The notes under the pieces were generated by a model. It saw nothing but the letters and a program-made list of their open reading frames with translations. It searched no databases and had not been told where the DNA came from. Position numbers and translations under genes: made by a program. A stretch of DNA of 37,744 nucleotides, taken from IMG/VR virus record IMGVR_UViG_3300010033_000003, positions 1 to 37,744 of that record. The stretch is one strand, 5' to 3'. Below are positions 21,847 through 31,688 of the stretch, piece by piece. Positions within the stretch are counted from its first letter, which is position 1. Each line of letters starts with the position of its first letter. The stretch is from a virus.

Positions 21847-23253
21847 ATGAAGATATTTAGAAATATAAAAGGCTTATTTCCTCAGCGGCAAAAAGCAACA
21901 AAGATTATAGTTGCTGAAAAGAAAACAAACGAGGAAAACCATGTTGAAGGTTTTGCGGATGCATTTGAAAACTTCCTTAATGAAAAAGGCGTTACAGATG
22001 TAAGAATGCGTGATTTTGTCAACCAGATAAGAAACGCAGATCGAAAAGGCATTAATATCGATAAAGATATAGACGAGATTGTTGGAAACGATTATAGGCC
22101 AACTACTATTAGAGATTGGCTTGTTGCTATGCGTGCAGCCGATCAACCTTATGAGCGTGGATATCAATCTTCATGGGTAGAAATATTCAATCTTTATGCA
22201 AATCTTATTCAAGATTCACACGTTGAAGGTGCAATCGAAGCCTTAAACGAGGGTGTTTTATCGAAAGATTTCTTTATAGTGGATGAAAAAGGCGAAAGAC
22301 TTGATGAAGTTACAAAGCTATTTCAACGCCGTTGGTTTGCCGATTATGCCAAAGCTGAAGTAAATGTACGTCTTTGGGGTTTTAGTTTGATACAGTTTAT
22401 CAATTTTGACCCTAAAACGATGAATATTCAGGTTGAAGAGGTGAACCGTAAGCACGTACGCCCAGATTTAGGAGGTTTAGTAAAACAACAATACGATCAA
22501 GAAGTTTGGCGTAAATGGGATGATGAACCGTATAATAAATATTGTATTTACCGATTTGAAAAGAAGCTTGGTAAATTAAATAAGTGTTTGCGTTGGTTCA
22601 TTTACAAGAATGATACAGCTAAATATTGGGCTTTGTTTAACAAGCTTTACGGAATTCCTCCAATTGCATCGAAGACCAGTTTGAAAGATAACACTAGAAA
22701 AAACAACATGATTAAAATGTTGAAGAATTGGGTCAACATGCGTTGGATTGTTATGGATAAAGATGATGAACTTATGAACGTTCAGCCAGGCAGCGCAAAC
22801 GGACATCAGTTTTTTCTTGATTTCTTAGAATTCTGTAATAAGGAAATGTCTAAAGCTTTAATGAGCTCTACAATGCTATTGGATGCAGAAGGCGGGCAAT
22901 ATAAAGCCGATGCACATCAAGATACGACGAATAACATTATACAGTCTATTTGTAGATCTATCATGTATTCAATGAATGAAAATGTTATTCCTAGATTGAT
23001 TGAAATTGGTTTTCCGATTCCGAAAGGTGCACAATTTATGTGGGACAAGTCCGAAAAATTGAAAATGACGGAAAGAGCTACAGTAATAAGCACACTTTCG
23101 AACAAATATGATATCGATCCTAAAGTTGTGACTGAATTTGTAGGAGTCGAGGTGAAGGAGAAAAAAGAAGTTGAACAAGATCCTTTTAAACCTAATCCAG
23201 GAGTAATGAAGAACGCTTTTAATAATTATAAAAATAATTTTGATCATGAGTAA
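21847..23253 (+). CDS. Portal protein (Mu gp29-like by size and position)
   Basis: 468 aa and the only portal-sized ORF. Head module context. ATG at 21847, just after the upstream stop. Confidence 0.55.
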   Translation: MKIFRNIKGLFPQRQKATKIIVAEKKTNEENHVEGFADAFENFLNEKGVTDVRMRDFVNQIRNADRKGINIDKDIDEIVGNDYRPTTIRDWLVAMRAADQPYERGYQSSWVEIFNLYANLIQDSHVEGAIEALNEGVLSKDFFIVDEKGERLDEVTKLFQRRWFADYAKAEVNVRLWGFSLIQFINFDPKTMNIQVEEVNRKHVRPDLGGLVKQQYDQEVWRKWDDEPYNKYCIYRFEKKLGKLNKCLRWFIYKNDTAKYWALFNKLYGIPPIASKTSLKDNTRKNNMIKMLKNWVNMRWIVMDKDDELMNVQPGSANGHQFFLDFLEFCNKEMSKALMSSTMLLDAEGGQYKADAHQDTTNNIIQSICRSIMYSMNENVIPRLIEIGFPIPKGAQFMWDKSEKLKMTERATVISTLSNKYDIDPKVVTEFVGVEVKEKKEVEQDPFKPNPGVMKNAFNNYKNNFDHE

Positions 23254-23959
23254 TATTTTAACTGGTGTTACGGTAAGAAATGCTGAGAGCGGTTTTTACT
23301 TAAACGGTATATTTGACGGAATGACTTACTTTGTTTCTCCTTTTGGAAGTGGAGTAGTTCGGCTTTATCCTGCGAACGTCTCAGATGAAGTGAACGAGAT
23401 GCAAATTGATTTAGCTAGCTTAATACTACAAGATACAGGAGGCAGTCCAGTCACGCCCGCAAATTTACAAGAAAGATCGGCAATGTTAAACACATTTGTC
23501 TCAAAAAAAAAATTAGCTAGTGGAGGCAGCGGTGGCAGACAAGTATTTTTACCTACTCAGTCACCGTTTGCCAATGTTGCAGCTCGAAACACTTGGGCTA
23601 CTGCTAATCTAAGCGATTTGCATAATGATGCTACAGAGGTGACGCGTGCGGTTGTGGGAGGAACTACATACGAGTGGAATGGTGAAGATACTCCTTCAAG
23701 TTACGACGCAAATGGGTGGGCAGCTATTTCACAAATGGCAGATTTATCGCTAGTAGTGAAATGTTCGGGACCTCACACATTGACAGCGGATCAAGTTGCA
23801 AACGGTGTGACTTTACCTGCGGGAGCAGGAGCGGGAGTTATTCAAGTTTTCCGTGAAGGTGTAGTGATTTATAATTACACAGTTACAGGAAATGTTTTAT
23901 CGGGTCCAACTCCTACGGATTGGGCTGTGGGTCAAGAATTACTTATTTATTATAAATAA
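23246..23959 (+). CDS. Hypothetical structural protein (237 aa)
   Basis: ATG at 23246; the track start at 23240 is TTG. It has a G/S-rich linker. Confidence 0.55.
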   Translation: MSNILTGVTVRNAESGFYLNGIFDGMTYFVSPFGSGVVRLYPANVSDEVNEMQIDLASLILQDTGGSPVTPANLQERSAMLNTFVSKKKLASGGSGGRQVFLPTQSPFANVAARNTWATANLSDLHNDATEVTRAVVGGTTYEWNGEDTPSSYDANGWAAISQMADLSLVVKCSGPHTLTADQVANGVTLPAGAGAGVIQVFREGVVIYNYTVTGNVLSGPTPTDWAVGQELLIYYK

Positions 23960-23972
23960 AACTAGGGGAAAA

Positions 23973-26900
23973 ATGAAAAAATTATTATTATTTATTTCGT
24001 TGTTGTTTATTTCTGTTTTAGCAGAAGCGCAAAGTTCGGTGGTATTTAGAAGGGTAGCAAATGCAACCGTTACGGCTAGTAGAAACAACTACGCAAATAC
24101 ATACGTAATGAATGAAGCTACGGGAGAGTGGTTTCGTTTAACTGGTACATGGACAAGCGGAACAGCTTTTTCAGCAGCTCCAAAATCTATGATATCTCGC
24201 TTACCTGCATTGACTCAAAGCGGTGCAATGTTAACTTCATCATTGGATTTTACAGTACCAACAAGCGCGATATTCTTTGATAATTCAGTACACTTAAGAT
24301 CTAATTCTAGGGTCGGTGAATTTGTAGATTTGTCAAGAAATCATAATCATGAAGTTATAACAACGTCTTATGACAATACTGGTAGTAATGTTCCTGTTTA
24401 CTATGAAAAATCGGCAATAGCTTCATTTTTAGTTCAAACACAAGAGGACGCGACTAGCTCAAGTTTTTCGTTTATAGCTCCTGTATTGGAAGTAGCAAAC
24501 AGAGATGGTGTAAAGTTCTTGCAGGTGGTTATTGAAGCATCTACGGCGGGAAATGGTGCTTTTACAATGCGTTATATGAATTCAACAGGTAGAATTTTAG
24601 TAACGGAAACCGATTTTACTATTTTATCCAGTGATGTAAACAACGATAAAACGATTACTCTTGAAAATCCAGTTGATTTATTCGATACAGAAATAGTTCA
24701 TATAACATATAGCGGTACAGCTACAATAAAAGGGCATATTTTTACAAATGATCCAAATTTCGGGAGTGGTTTTGTACCTAAAATCACGACTATGTCTTTG
24801 CCTTTTGTTGCTAAAAATATGGCTTTGGATGAAGATGTACCAGATAACGCGAGTCAATTACCGTTTGTGAAAGAAGGTGAACCAAATACGAATGTACGCA
24901 CTGAATTACTAGCGCGTGAAAGTAGCCTTGGTAATCCTAGTTCAAACGGTCAAGTTTTAAGCTCTACAACTGCGGGGGCTCGTTCATGGATAAGTTTACC
25001 CGATGCCACTGGAAGCTTTAGAAGTGTTTTCAATGTAAGAAATGTTAATGCTTCTACATTAAACATTGGCGATTTAGTTACTTATGATGATTTTAGCGCT
25101 GTATCTAATCATGTTGACGCGGCAAGTGCAAGCGGACAGCTAGCAGGAGATAGAATTTTAGCGGGAATCATGATTAAACAGGTAAATAGTTTCACCGATT
25201 CAGACGATGCACTATTAACCCGTGGATATGGTACATTTACTTTATCTAGCTTAACTGGTTTAAGTTTACATTCTAAATTATATGCAGCTCGTTCAGGTTC
25301 GGGATCTTCATTTGCTTGGAATCTTTCTACAACTAAAACGGCTAATTCTTTTGAAGTTGGAATCATAACCGAAGCGACAAACCCAACAATCGGACTATAT
25401 AACATCTATTTTAATTTCGAAGATGTCACAGCTCAGATTTTAGCGGAAACAAAAGAGCCTCGTTTAGGAAATCCAACAGCGACACAAAGATTTCTTACTT
25501 CTACAACTACAGGAACAAGAAGTTGGCAAGAAATAGTAAGTAAATTGTTTTTGAGAGAGCCAACAACATATTCAGGACAAATCAATTTAAGTACCGATAT
25601 TAATTCTGTAACTGGATTTGATAGATTTTATGTATTTAATGGAACAAGCTCGACAATTGGAGCGCGAGAAATTAATTTACCAACATCGGGAAAAGCTCAG
25701 GAACAAGTTGGACGATTTTATTTGATGTCAAATAGAGGAAGTGTAACGCAGGTAATCACCGCGGGAACTGGTAACACTATTAGAGGAGGTTTATCGACTG
25801 TGAATGTACCAAGTATGACAAATGTCATTATAACGCTTTCGGATTATAACGCAACAGGTGATGAAACTTGGGATGTAATTAGTTTGGGAAATGTTGCTAG
25901 CGGTTCAGGTGGTGCAGGTGGTGCAAGTGGAGCGAGTTCGATGGATCAACACATAGATTTACAATTAGTAAATAAAACAGGTTCAGCAATAAACGCAGGT
26001 GATGCAGCAGAATTAAAAGCACTAAATGGATCATATGCGGGTATAAAAGCAAATACAGGTCAACAATTAGGCGGTTTTTTTACTGAAGATGCTGAAAACA
26101 ATACAAATGTAAATGTTAGAATTATTGGTCCTGTTTCAAATGTTAGAATTTGGGGTAAAAACAATGATGATTCTCAAGAACATTATGAAACTATATCGCA
26201 AAATACGCTAGTTTATTATGATGATGATAATGATAGGCTTACAACAAAATCAAGCTATATTGTAGGGTCTACAACTATTCAAAGACATTCATTAGGCGGC
26301 ATTTTAACAAGTACACAAACTTTAAGCTCTACAGTAGCGAGAACTTTAGGAACTAATTACCAAAATTCATCAGGAGCAGAAGCGGGAATTTCAATTAATA
26401 AAGTGAATGCTTTTACTGGTCAAGGTACTTCTACGTATACTATGCCTACAAATGTATTTTCTCAAGTAAGTATTGGCGACGAAATTATAATTGAAATTAC
26501 TCCTAATTCTGGACAAACGGGAATTGTTAACGTTATTCCTGCATCTGGCGTTTATTTAAGGGATAAATCAGATAATTCTTATACTTCTGGATCTCCTTTG
26601 GCTATGAGTTCAGCAAACGGAAAACAAGTAAGAAAATTCAAACTTGAGGCGGCTGCTGAGGGTGAAAGTTATCCTACTTGGAGAGCAATGGACAACGCTG
26701 AGAATATAACAAATCATTCTTTTGCATTTAATGTAATAGAATACAATAAAACAATGTTAGCAGCTCAAGTCACAAATAATTCAGCGGGAATATCGCAAAA
26801 TAAAAGCGCTTTGGCAGGTGTTCAAAATTCTAATGTAATTCCAAACGTTGTAGATGCTACGCAGTCAGGAAATGAAAACGGCTACACTATAACTCAATCA

Positions 26901-27191
26901 GTAGTTCAGAATAACGAAACCGTGTTTTTTGCTGCAAATAGTCCTTCAGCTAACAACCAAAGAGTTTGGACTGTTAATATGGATCATACACAATGGAGTA
27001 ATTTAGGAGTTAACAAAGGCTATATTTTTAGGGTTTGGAATCCAAGCTCATTTACTGTTCAGGTTAAGCCTAGTACTGGAACTTTTGAAGGATCAGGTTT
27101 GAATGTAATTACAATTAGTGGCTCAAATAGTGCCGTATTTCTTATCAGAAGAACAAGTACGACAAACGTTGAGATCGCACATATAGGATAA
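23973..27191 (+). CDS. Large (1072 aa) fibre/receptor-binding-like protein with an N-terminal signal peptide
   Basis: MKKLLLFISLLFISVLAEA|Q. The fibre-type motif LGNP...L(S/T)STT.G.RSW occurs twice. GSGGAGGASGASS linker. Confidence 0.6.
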   Translation: MKKLLLFISLLFISVLAEAQSSVVFRRVANATVTASRNNYANTYVMNEATGEWFRLTGTWTSGTAFSAAPKSMISRLPALTQSGAMLTSSLDFTVPTSAIFFDNSVHLRSNSRVGEFVDLSRNHNHEVITTSYDNTGSNVPVYYEKSAIASFLVQTQEDATSSSFSFIAPVLEVANRDGVKFLQVVIEASTAGNGAFTMRYMNSTGRILVTETDFTILSSDVNNDKTITLENPVDLFDTEIVHITYSGTATIKGHIFTNDPNFGSGFVPKITTMSLPFVAKNMALDEDVPDNASQLPFVKEGEPNTNVRTELLARESSLGNPSSNGQVLSSTTAGARSWISLPDATGSFRSVFNVRNVNASTLNIGDLVTYDDFSAVSNHVDAASASGQLAGDRILAGIMIKQVNSFTDSDDALLTRGYGTFTLSSLTGLSLHSKLYAARSGSGSSFAWNLSTTKTANSFEVGIITEATNPTIGLYNIYFNFEDVTAQILAETKEPRLGNPTATQRFLTSTTTGTRSWQEIVSKLFLREPTTYSGQINLSTDINSVTGFDRFYVFNGTSSTIGAREINLPTSGKAQEQVGRFYLMSNRGSVTQVITAGTGNTIRGGLSTVNVPSMTNVIITLSDYNATGDETWDVISLGNVASGSGGAGGASGASSMDQHIDLQLVNKTGSAINAGDAAELKALNGSYAGIKANTGQQLGGFFTEDAENNTNVNVRIIGPVSNVRIWGKNNDDSQEHYETISQNTLVYYDDDNDRLTTKSSYIVGSTTIQRHSLGGILTSTQTLSSTVARTLGTNYQNSSGAEAGISINKVNAFTGQGTSTYTMPTNVFSQVSIGDEIIIEITPNSGQTGIVNVIPASGVYLRDKSDNSYTSGSPLAMSSANGKQVRKFKLEAAAEGESYPTWRAMDNAENITNHSFAFNVIEYNKTMLAAQVTNNSAGISQNKSALAGVQNSNVIPNVVDATQSGNENGYTITQSVVQNNETVFFAANSPSANNQRVWTVNMDHTQWSNLGVNKGYIFRVWNPSSFTVQVKPSTGTFEGSGLNVITISGSNSAVFLIRRTSTTNVEIAHIG

Positions 27192-27194
27192 ATT

Positions 27195-28052
27195 ATGGCT
27201 AGAACAAAGGAACAAATTTTTCAGAATTTAATAACCCGTAAAAATGCGGATTCAGTGCTTTCACTTATTTTAACGAGTGAAAGCAAGGCTTCGTTTTATC
27301 AATCATTGTTTGCATTATATGCAGATGTGACGGGCGATTTCGAATTGACTTTCGACGCTTTTCAAGCTAGAATAAACAATTTACTAGATGCAAAACAGGT
27401 TCAAACTAGTGCGTGGTGGAGGCGTTCATCTTTGGGTTTTCAATTAGGTGATGCATTAAGCACAAACGCAAGCGGAAACCTTGTTTATAATCCAGTAGTT
27501 GCAGCAAATCAAATTGTAAAACGTGCTGCGGTAATCGTAACGGCTGCGGGAAATATTACTTTGAAGGTCGCTAAACTTCAAAATAATCTACCTGTACCGT
27601 TGATTTCATCGGAAAATTCTGCATTTAGAGAATACGTGAATGATATAGGACCTGCGGGAGTTGTGGTAACTATAGTATCGGAAACAGGTGATGAAATTAG
27701 AGTTGCGGTTGCTGTTGAAGTAGATTCACAAATTATAAACGTGTCAAACGGTCAATTGTTAAGCGATTCAAGCGTAAAGCCTGTTGAAAGAGCTATTAAT
27801 AATTACTTTGCTACTTTCCAAAGCGATGATTTTGGAGGAACTTTCTTTGCAAACAAATTATTGCAAAATATTTTGGCTACAAGTGGAGTAATTAATGCCA
27901 CTTTGACAACATTAGAACAGAAAGCAAGCGGTCAAGGAACATTTACAAATGTTTTGACAGCTTCAGGAAAGAAATTTTTAACATTTGCGGGATACGTTCG
28001 TTTAGCGGATGGATTCGATTTAAGTGCTAATATAACTTATACAGCGGGATAA
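27195..28052 (+). CDS. Baseplate J-like wedge protein
   Basis: 285 aa versus 302 aa for P2 gpJ. Alternating beta-rich segments (AAVIVTAAGNITLKV, GVVVTIVSETGDEIRVAVAVEV), followed by an I-sized gene. Confidence 0.5.
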   Translation: MARTKEQIFQNLITRKNADSVLSLILTSESKASFYQSLFALYADVTGDFELTFDAFQARINNLLDAKQVQTSAWWRRSSLGFQLGDALSTNASGNLVYNPVVAANQIVKRAAVIVTAAGNITLKVAKLQNNLPVPLISSENSAFREYVNDIGPAGVVVTIVSETGDEIRVAVAVEVDSQIINVSNGQLLSDSSVKPVERAINNYFATFQSDDFGGTFFANKLLQNILATSGVINATLTTLEQKASGQGTFTNVLTASGKKFLTFAGYVRLADGFDLSANITYTAG

Positions 28053-28564
28053 TGTCAAATAAATATAACATACCAAAGCTTTCAAGGTCGTTTACACCTC
28101 ATTTCTGGCAGAATGATGTAAATAATCGATTCATTGATATTTTGATGGCTTCTTTAGCTGTAGTAAATGAAAACACTCAAAGTTTAGAAGAAGAAATTTT
28201 GGAGCGTGTTGGATACTCAGTACAAAGATTATCATTAGAAAGATCATTGAATAATAGATTTGATCGTGAAAGACAAAGGATAATTATCGAAAACGGTGCG
28301 GTCGGAACTTCAGGTTTTGTTTTTAATGAAAACGAAAGTCCATCGGCAAATAAAATTATCTACGTTTTTAACGAGGCTGAAACAACACCGTCGGGTAGTG
28401 ATACTCCTTACTTTTTTAACGAGGACGAAAGTGGAACAACATCGATTACAGAATTTACCGTAACTTTGCCGATGACGCTTTCAAGTCGTGAAAACGAAAT
28501 TCGTTCATGGATCGATTTCGTGAGAATTTTTGGAACAAGATACACATTAAGATTTGTACTATGA
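28052..28564 (+). CDS. Baseplate/tail protein I-like
   Basis: 170 aa versus 176 aa for P2 gpI. Overlapping junctions with the J-like and fibre-like genes. Confidence 0.4.
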   Translation: MSNKYNIPKLSRSFTPHFWQNDVNNRFIDILMASLAVVNENTQSLEEEILERVGYSVQRLSLERSLNNRFDRERQRIIIENGAVGTSGFVFNENESPSANKIIYVFNEAETTPSGSDTPYFFNEDESGTTSITEFTVTLPMTLSSRENEIRSWIDFVRIFGTRYTLRFVL

Positions 28565-29841
28565 TTAGAAATACAGCATTACCAGGAGGGCGACAAGCCA
28601 AAAACGAAGACTTTCAACAATATGTTCAAGCTTTCGGAGTTTTTGAACAAATGTTTTTAGCCTTAGGACACGACGATTTTATTGTAAGTGGTTGTACAAT
28701 TACAGGAAATAACGTTTCAAGCGGGATAATCATGTTTGGCGGTGAATTAACGCTTTTTGATGGTGCAAACGGTGTCACTTTTCCGCTTAGATTATCGAAG
28801 CGTACAAGAGCTATAAACCCAAGGGCGTTTGATGATGGATCTACAAAAACAACGGCTGAACGTGTTGAAGCAATTCAGGATCCAGTTGGCACATTCATGT
28901 TAAGCGCTACGACTCCACGAGCAAACAATAAATTTTTAAGAACTGTAGGTGATGCACTGAGAGGAAATATAGACGGAAACAATAGAGGCAGAAATAATAT
29001 TTATAAAACTTTACTTTCAGATAGATTCGAAAGTGTTAGAATTATAACGAAAGCACCTGCAGCAAATCGCTATTTGAAAATTGGTACATTTCCAATTACT
29101 CCAAATAGTCAAGCTTATCAATTGATTTTTTCTGGTGGTGGAGTGAATAGAGGTAATTTGGCATCGATAACAATAAATCGCGTCAATATAAGTGGAACAA
29201 ACAACGCTACAGGTGAAGTATTTTTCAGTACTTCTGAACCAATAGCAAATTTACCTCAATTCTACATTAGAAGAAACGACGGTGAAAGTGTGTTTGAAGT
29301 GTGGACAAGATCCCCAAATCCATCGGGCGGGATTACAGGCGATATTTTAAGCTCGATTGTTGAATTAATTGGTGAAGCTTTTTCGGTTGCTACAACAAGC
29401 GATTTCGTATTTGAAGAAACGTTTACTTGGCAATCCTCTACACCTAGTAATCTAGTAACTTTAACAGCTAGTGTAATTGCTACAAGTAATCAGTTAAATA
29501 CTATTAATACAAGATTGGGAACTGATGCTTCACAAAATATTTCGCCTCAGTCACCTTATTCAGGTTTAATAAATGCAGAGGTTAAAAACGGAATTGCTTT
29601 TTTGAATGGTACTTTTGTTATACCTGACGGTGAAGACGTAGATCCAAACGATTTACTTTATAATATACCCGCAGCATATAGACCAAAAACGATAATTCAT
29701 ATAAACGGATACGATCATGAAGTATCTGTTGATCCTCTTTTCGGGATGACATTGGGAACTGACGGAAGATTAATTTCAAAAGAAACTGATAACCCAGTGA
29801 ATAGAGTGACTTATTATTTTTCAGTATCTTATCCAGTATAA
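28561..29841 (+). CDS. Tail fibre-like protein (426 aa)
   Basis: The start MIRNTALPGG overlaps the upstream stop (ATGA). It occupies the position equivalent to P2 gpH, after J and I. Confidence 0.45.
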   Translation: MIRNTALPGGRQAKNEDFQQYVQAFGVFEQMFLALGHDDFIVSGCTITGNNVSSGIIMFGGELTLFDGANGVTFPLRLSKRTRAINPRAFDDGSTKTTAERVEAIQDPVGTFMLSATTPRANNKFLRTVGDALRGNIDGNNRGRNNIYKTLLSDRFESVRIITKAPAANRYLKIGTFPITPNSQAYQLIFSGGGVNRGNLASITINRVNISGTNNATGEVFFSTSEPIANLPQFYIRRNDGESVFEVWTRSPNPSGGITGDILSSIVELIGEAFSVATTSDFVFEETFTWQSSTPSNLVTLTASVIATSNQLNTINTRLGTDASQNISPQSPYSGLINAEVKNGIAFLNGTFVIPDGEDVDPNDLLYNIPAAYRPKTIIHINGYDHEVSVDPLFGMTLGTDGRLISKETDNPVNRVTYYFSVSYPV

Positions 29842-29843
29842 TT

Positions 29844-30650
29844 ATGGCATTGAACAACGAAGAATTTGAAAGATTAGCGCAAGGCGTTTACGATGGTACA
29901 ATTTCTGTATTTCAATTGCCTACATTTCTATATCAAAGATTTGTAGAATTGTTTGATAAGGACTTTTTCAAAGGTTTTGGAGAAGTACCAAGAGGCGAAA
30001 TACTAGAAATAGAAAAAGCGGTGAATTTCCGTGCCAATATAGGACGCTTTTCGGGTGCAAAAACTTTTCAAGAGGTAAAAGACTTGACAAATTTTGTATT
30101 TGACGAAAACGGTAGAAAGCGACCTTTTGCGGAGTTTAAAAAATTGGCTAAACAAATTAGTAATACATACAATAAAAATTGGTTAGAAGCTGAAAGAGAT
30201 AGTGTATTTACGCAAAGCCAAAACGCTCGAAAGTGGATTCGATACGAAAAAGAAGCGGAATTGTTTCCAGTTTTAGAGTACAGGACTGTAGGCGATGATC
30301 GCGTAAGGCATTCTCACGCAGAATTAAACGGTTTAAAATTACCTGTAAATCATCCATTGTGGAATCGAGTAGCACCTCAAAATGGTTGGCGTTGTCGCTG
30401 TATCCTTATTCAGAGAAGGGAACAAGTGGTAACATCCGAAAGGGATGCACTAGGAAAATCAAAATCGATGTTGAATGAGTTTTCGAAAGAAGGAACTTTC
30501 GATTATAATCCAGGCAAAACCGATTTTATATTTCGTGAAAAAGGCAAAGGAAAACATGATTATTTCAAAGTGCCAAGACAATTTAATCAACAATTGGAAA
30601 TTAATTTTGGCTTTCCATCTGTTGAAGAAGTAACAAGAAAATTTATATAG
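29844..30650 (+). CDS. Head morphogenesis protein (Mu F / SPP1 gp7 family)
   Basis: DDRVRHSHAELNGLKLPVNHPLWNRVAPQNGWRCRCILIQ is the family signature. Confidence 0.8.
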   Translation: MALNNEEFERLAQGVYDGTISVFQLPTFLYQRFVELFDKDFFKGFGEVPRGEILEIEKAVNFRANIGRFSGAKTFQEVKDLTNFVFDENGRKRPFAEFKKLAKQISNTYNKNWLEAERDSVFTQSQNARKWIRYEKEAELFPVLEYRTVGDDRVRHSHAELNGLKLPVNHPLWNRVAPQNGWRCRCILIQRREQVVTSERDALGKSKSMLNEFSKEGTFDYNPGKTDFIFREKGKGKHDYFKVPRQFNQQLEINFGFPSVEEVTRKFI

Positions 30651-30651
30651 C

Positions 30652-31269
30652 ATGCAAGTATTTATAAACAATTTAACCGATCAATTTGCACCCGTTGGAG
30701 TTTCAGAACTGGGTACAATTGTACATGATAATGTTGTATTTCCTGCAAATCCAAACGAAGATTATCCCGAAGTTGTTTTGAACGCTGTAACAATTCGTCA
30801 CAATAGACCGAAAAATATTGTTATTTCTCAAATTTCAGGTCGTCAAGGAAATATAAAGGAGTACACAGGCGTAGGAGATCAAGAAATAGTAGTGACCGCA
30901 ATAATTGCACCAAAGGCGCTTTCTGCTGCTGCTATTGCGGAATTAGTTGCAGGTGCAGCGGTAAATTTGGGAGGACAAGCAGCACAAAGAATATTATCAC
31001 CAGTTCAAACGGCTGCGGGTGCTGTAGGTCTTACACCTGACAGCCAAAACAACGAGCTTTTGATAGCAATAAGGCGTTTAGATGATTTTCAAGGATCTGT
31101 TCCAATTGAAAGTAAATATATAAATAACATTTTGGGCGTTCAATTTGTTGTTGTTGAAGATGTAGCTTTAGAGCATTTACAGAATGGTACTTGGCAAGCT
31201 AGATTTAGATTATTAAGTGATGATCTTATTGACCTTGGCGATTACGGTGGATATGGAGGAGGTTCATAA
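30652..31269 (+). CDS. Hypothetical virion protein, possibly a tail/baseplate-associated fold
   Basis: ISGRQGNIKEYTGVGDQEIVVTAII, followed by an Ala-rich linker. No firm family. Confidence 0.5.
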   Translation: MQVFINNLTDQFAPVGVSELGTIVHDNVVFPANPNEDYPEVVLNAVTIRHNRPKNIVISQISGRQGNIKEYTGVGDQEIVVTAIIAPKALSAAAIAELVAGAAVNLGGQAAQRILSPVQTAAGAVGLTPDSQNNELLIAIRRLDDFQGSVPIESKYINNILGVQFVVVEDVALEHLQNGTWQARFRLLSDDLIDLGDYGGYGGGS

Positions 31270-31688
31270 TGGGATTTAGAAAAATAGGCGATTTGCCAAA
31301 CATAGAAAAAGAGCTAAAGCGATTTAATAACGAAATCCCTAAAATTCTAGCCAATGAAGCTAAGAATCATTATCTACTAGGTTTCGAAAAAGGAGGAGGA
31401 CAAACGGACAAGTCTCAAGGTGGTTGGGCTAAAAGAAAACGTGAAAGGAGAAAAGGACCAGGAAAAAGAGCGATTCTTGTAGATACTGGACAATTAAGAG
31501 GCGATATCGATATAAGACGTACAACGTTTAAAGAAATTGTTTTGGGAACTCTTGATACTGATTATGCATCATATCACAATGAAGGAACTGAAATACATCC
31601 TCAGCGTGAATTTTTGGGTCCATCAAGAAAACTTGATAATAAATTTCGTAGAATATTTAATAGAGAACTAAATAAAAGATTAAAATAA
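31269..31688 (+). CDS. Virion morphogenesis / tail completion protein (Mu G / HK97 gp10-like)
   Basis: ILVDTGQLRGDI...YASYHNEGT pattern. Confidence 0.5.
   Translation: MGFRKIGDLPNIEKELKRFNNEIPKILANEAKNHYLLGFEKGGGQTDKSQGGWAKRKRERRKGPGKRAILVDTGQLRGDIDIRRTTFKEIVLGTLDTDYASYHNEGTEIHPQREFLGPSRKLDNKFRRIFNRELNKRLK

Noticed and set aside
24880-25540. Duplicated LGNP...STT.G.RSW segments as a diversity-generating retroelement template/variable repeat pair
   Set aside because: The similarity is only at protein-motif level. The DNA copies are diverged at all base types, not adenine-specific. No reverse transcriptase is encoded.
26990-27191. C-terminus of the 1072-aa protein as a T9SS C-terminal sorting domain
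   Set aside because: Only a vague beta-strand resemblance (YIFRVWNPSSFTVQV...VFLIRR) and no clear conserved CTD motifs. This needs an HMM test before any claim.
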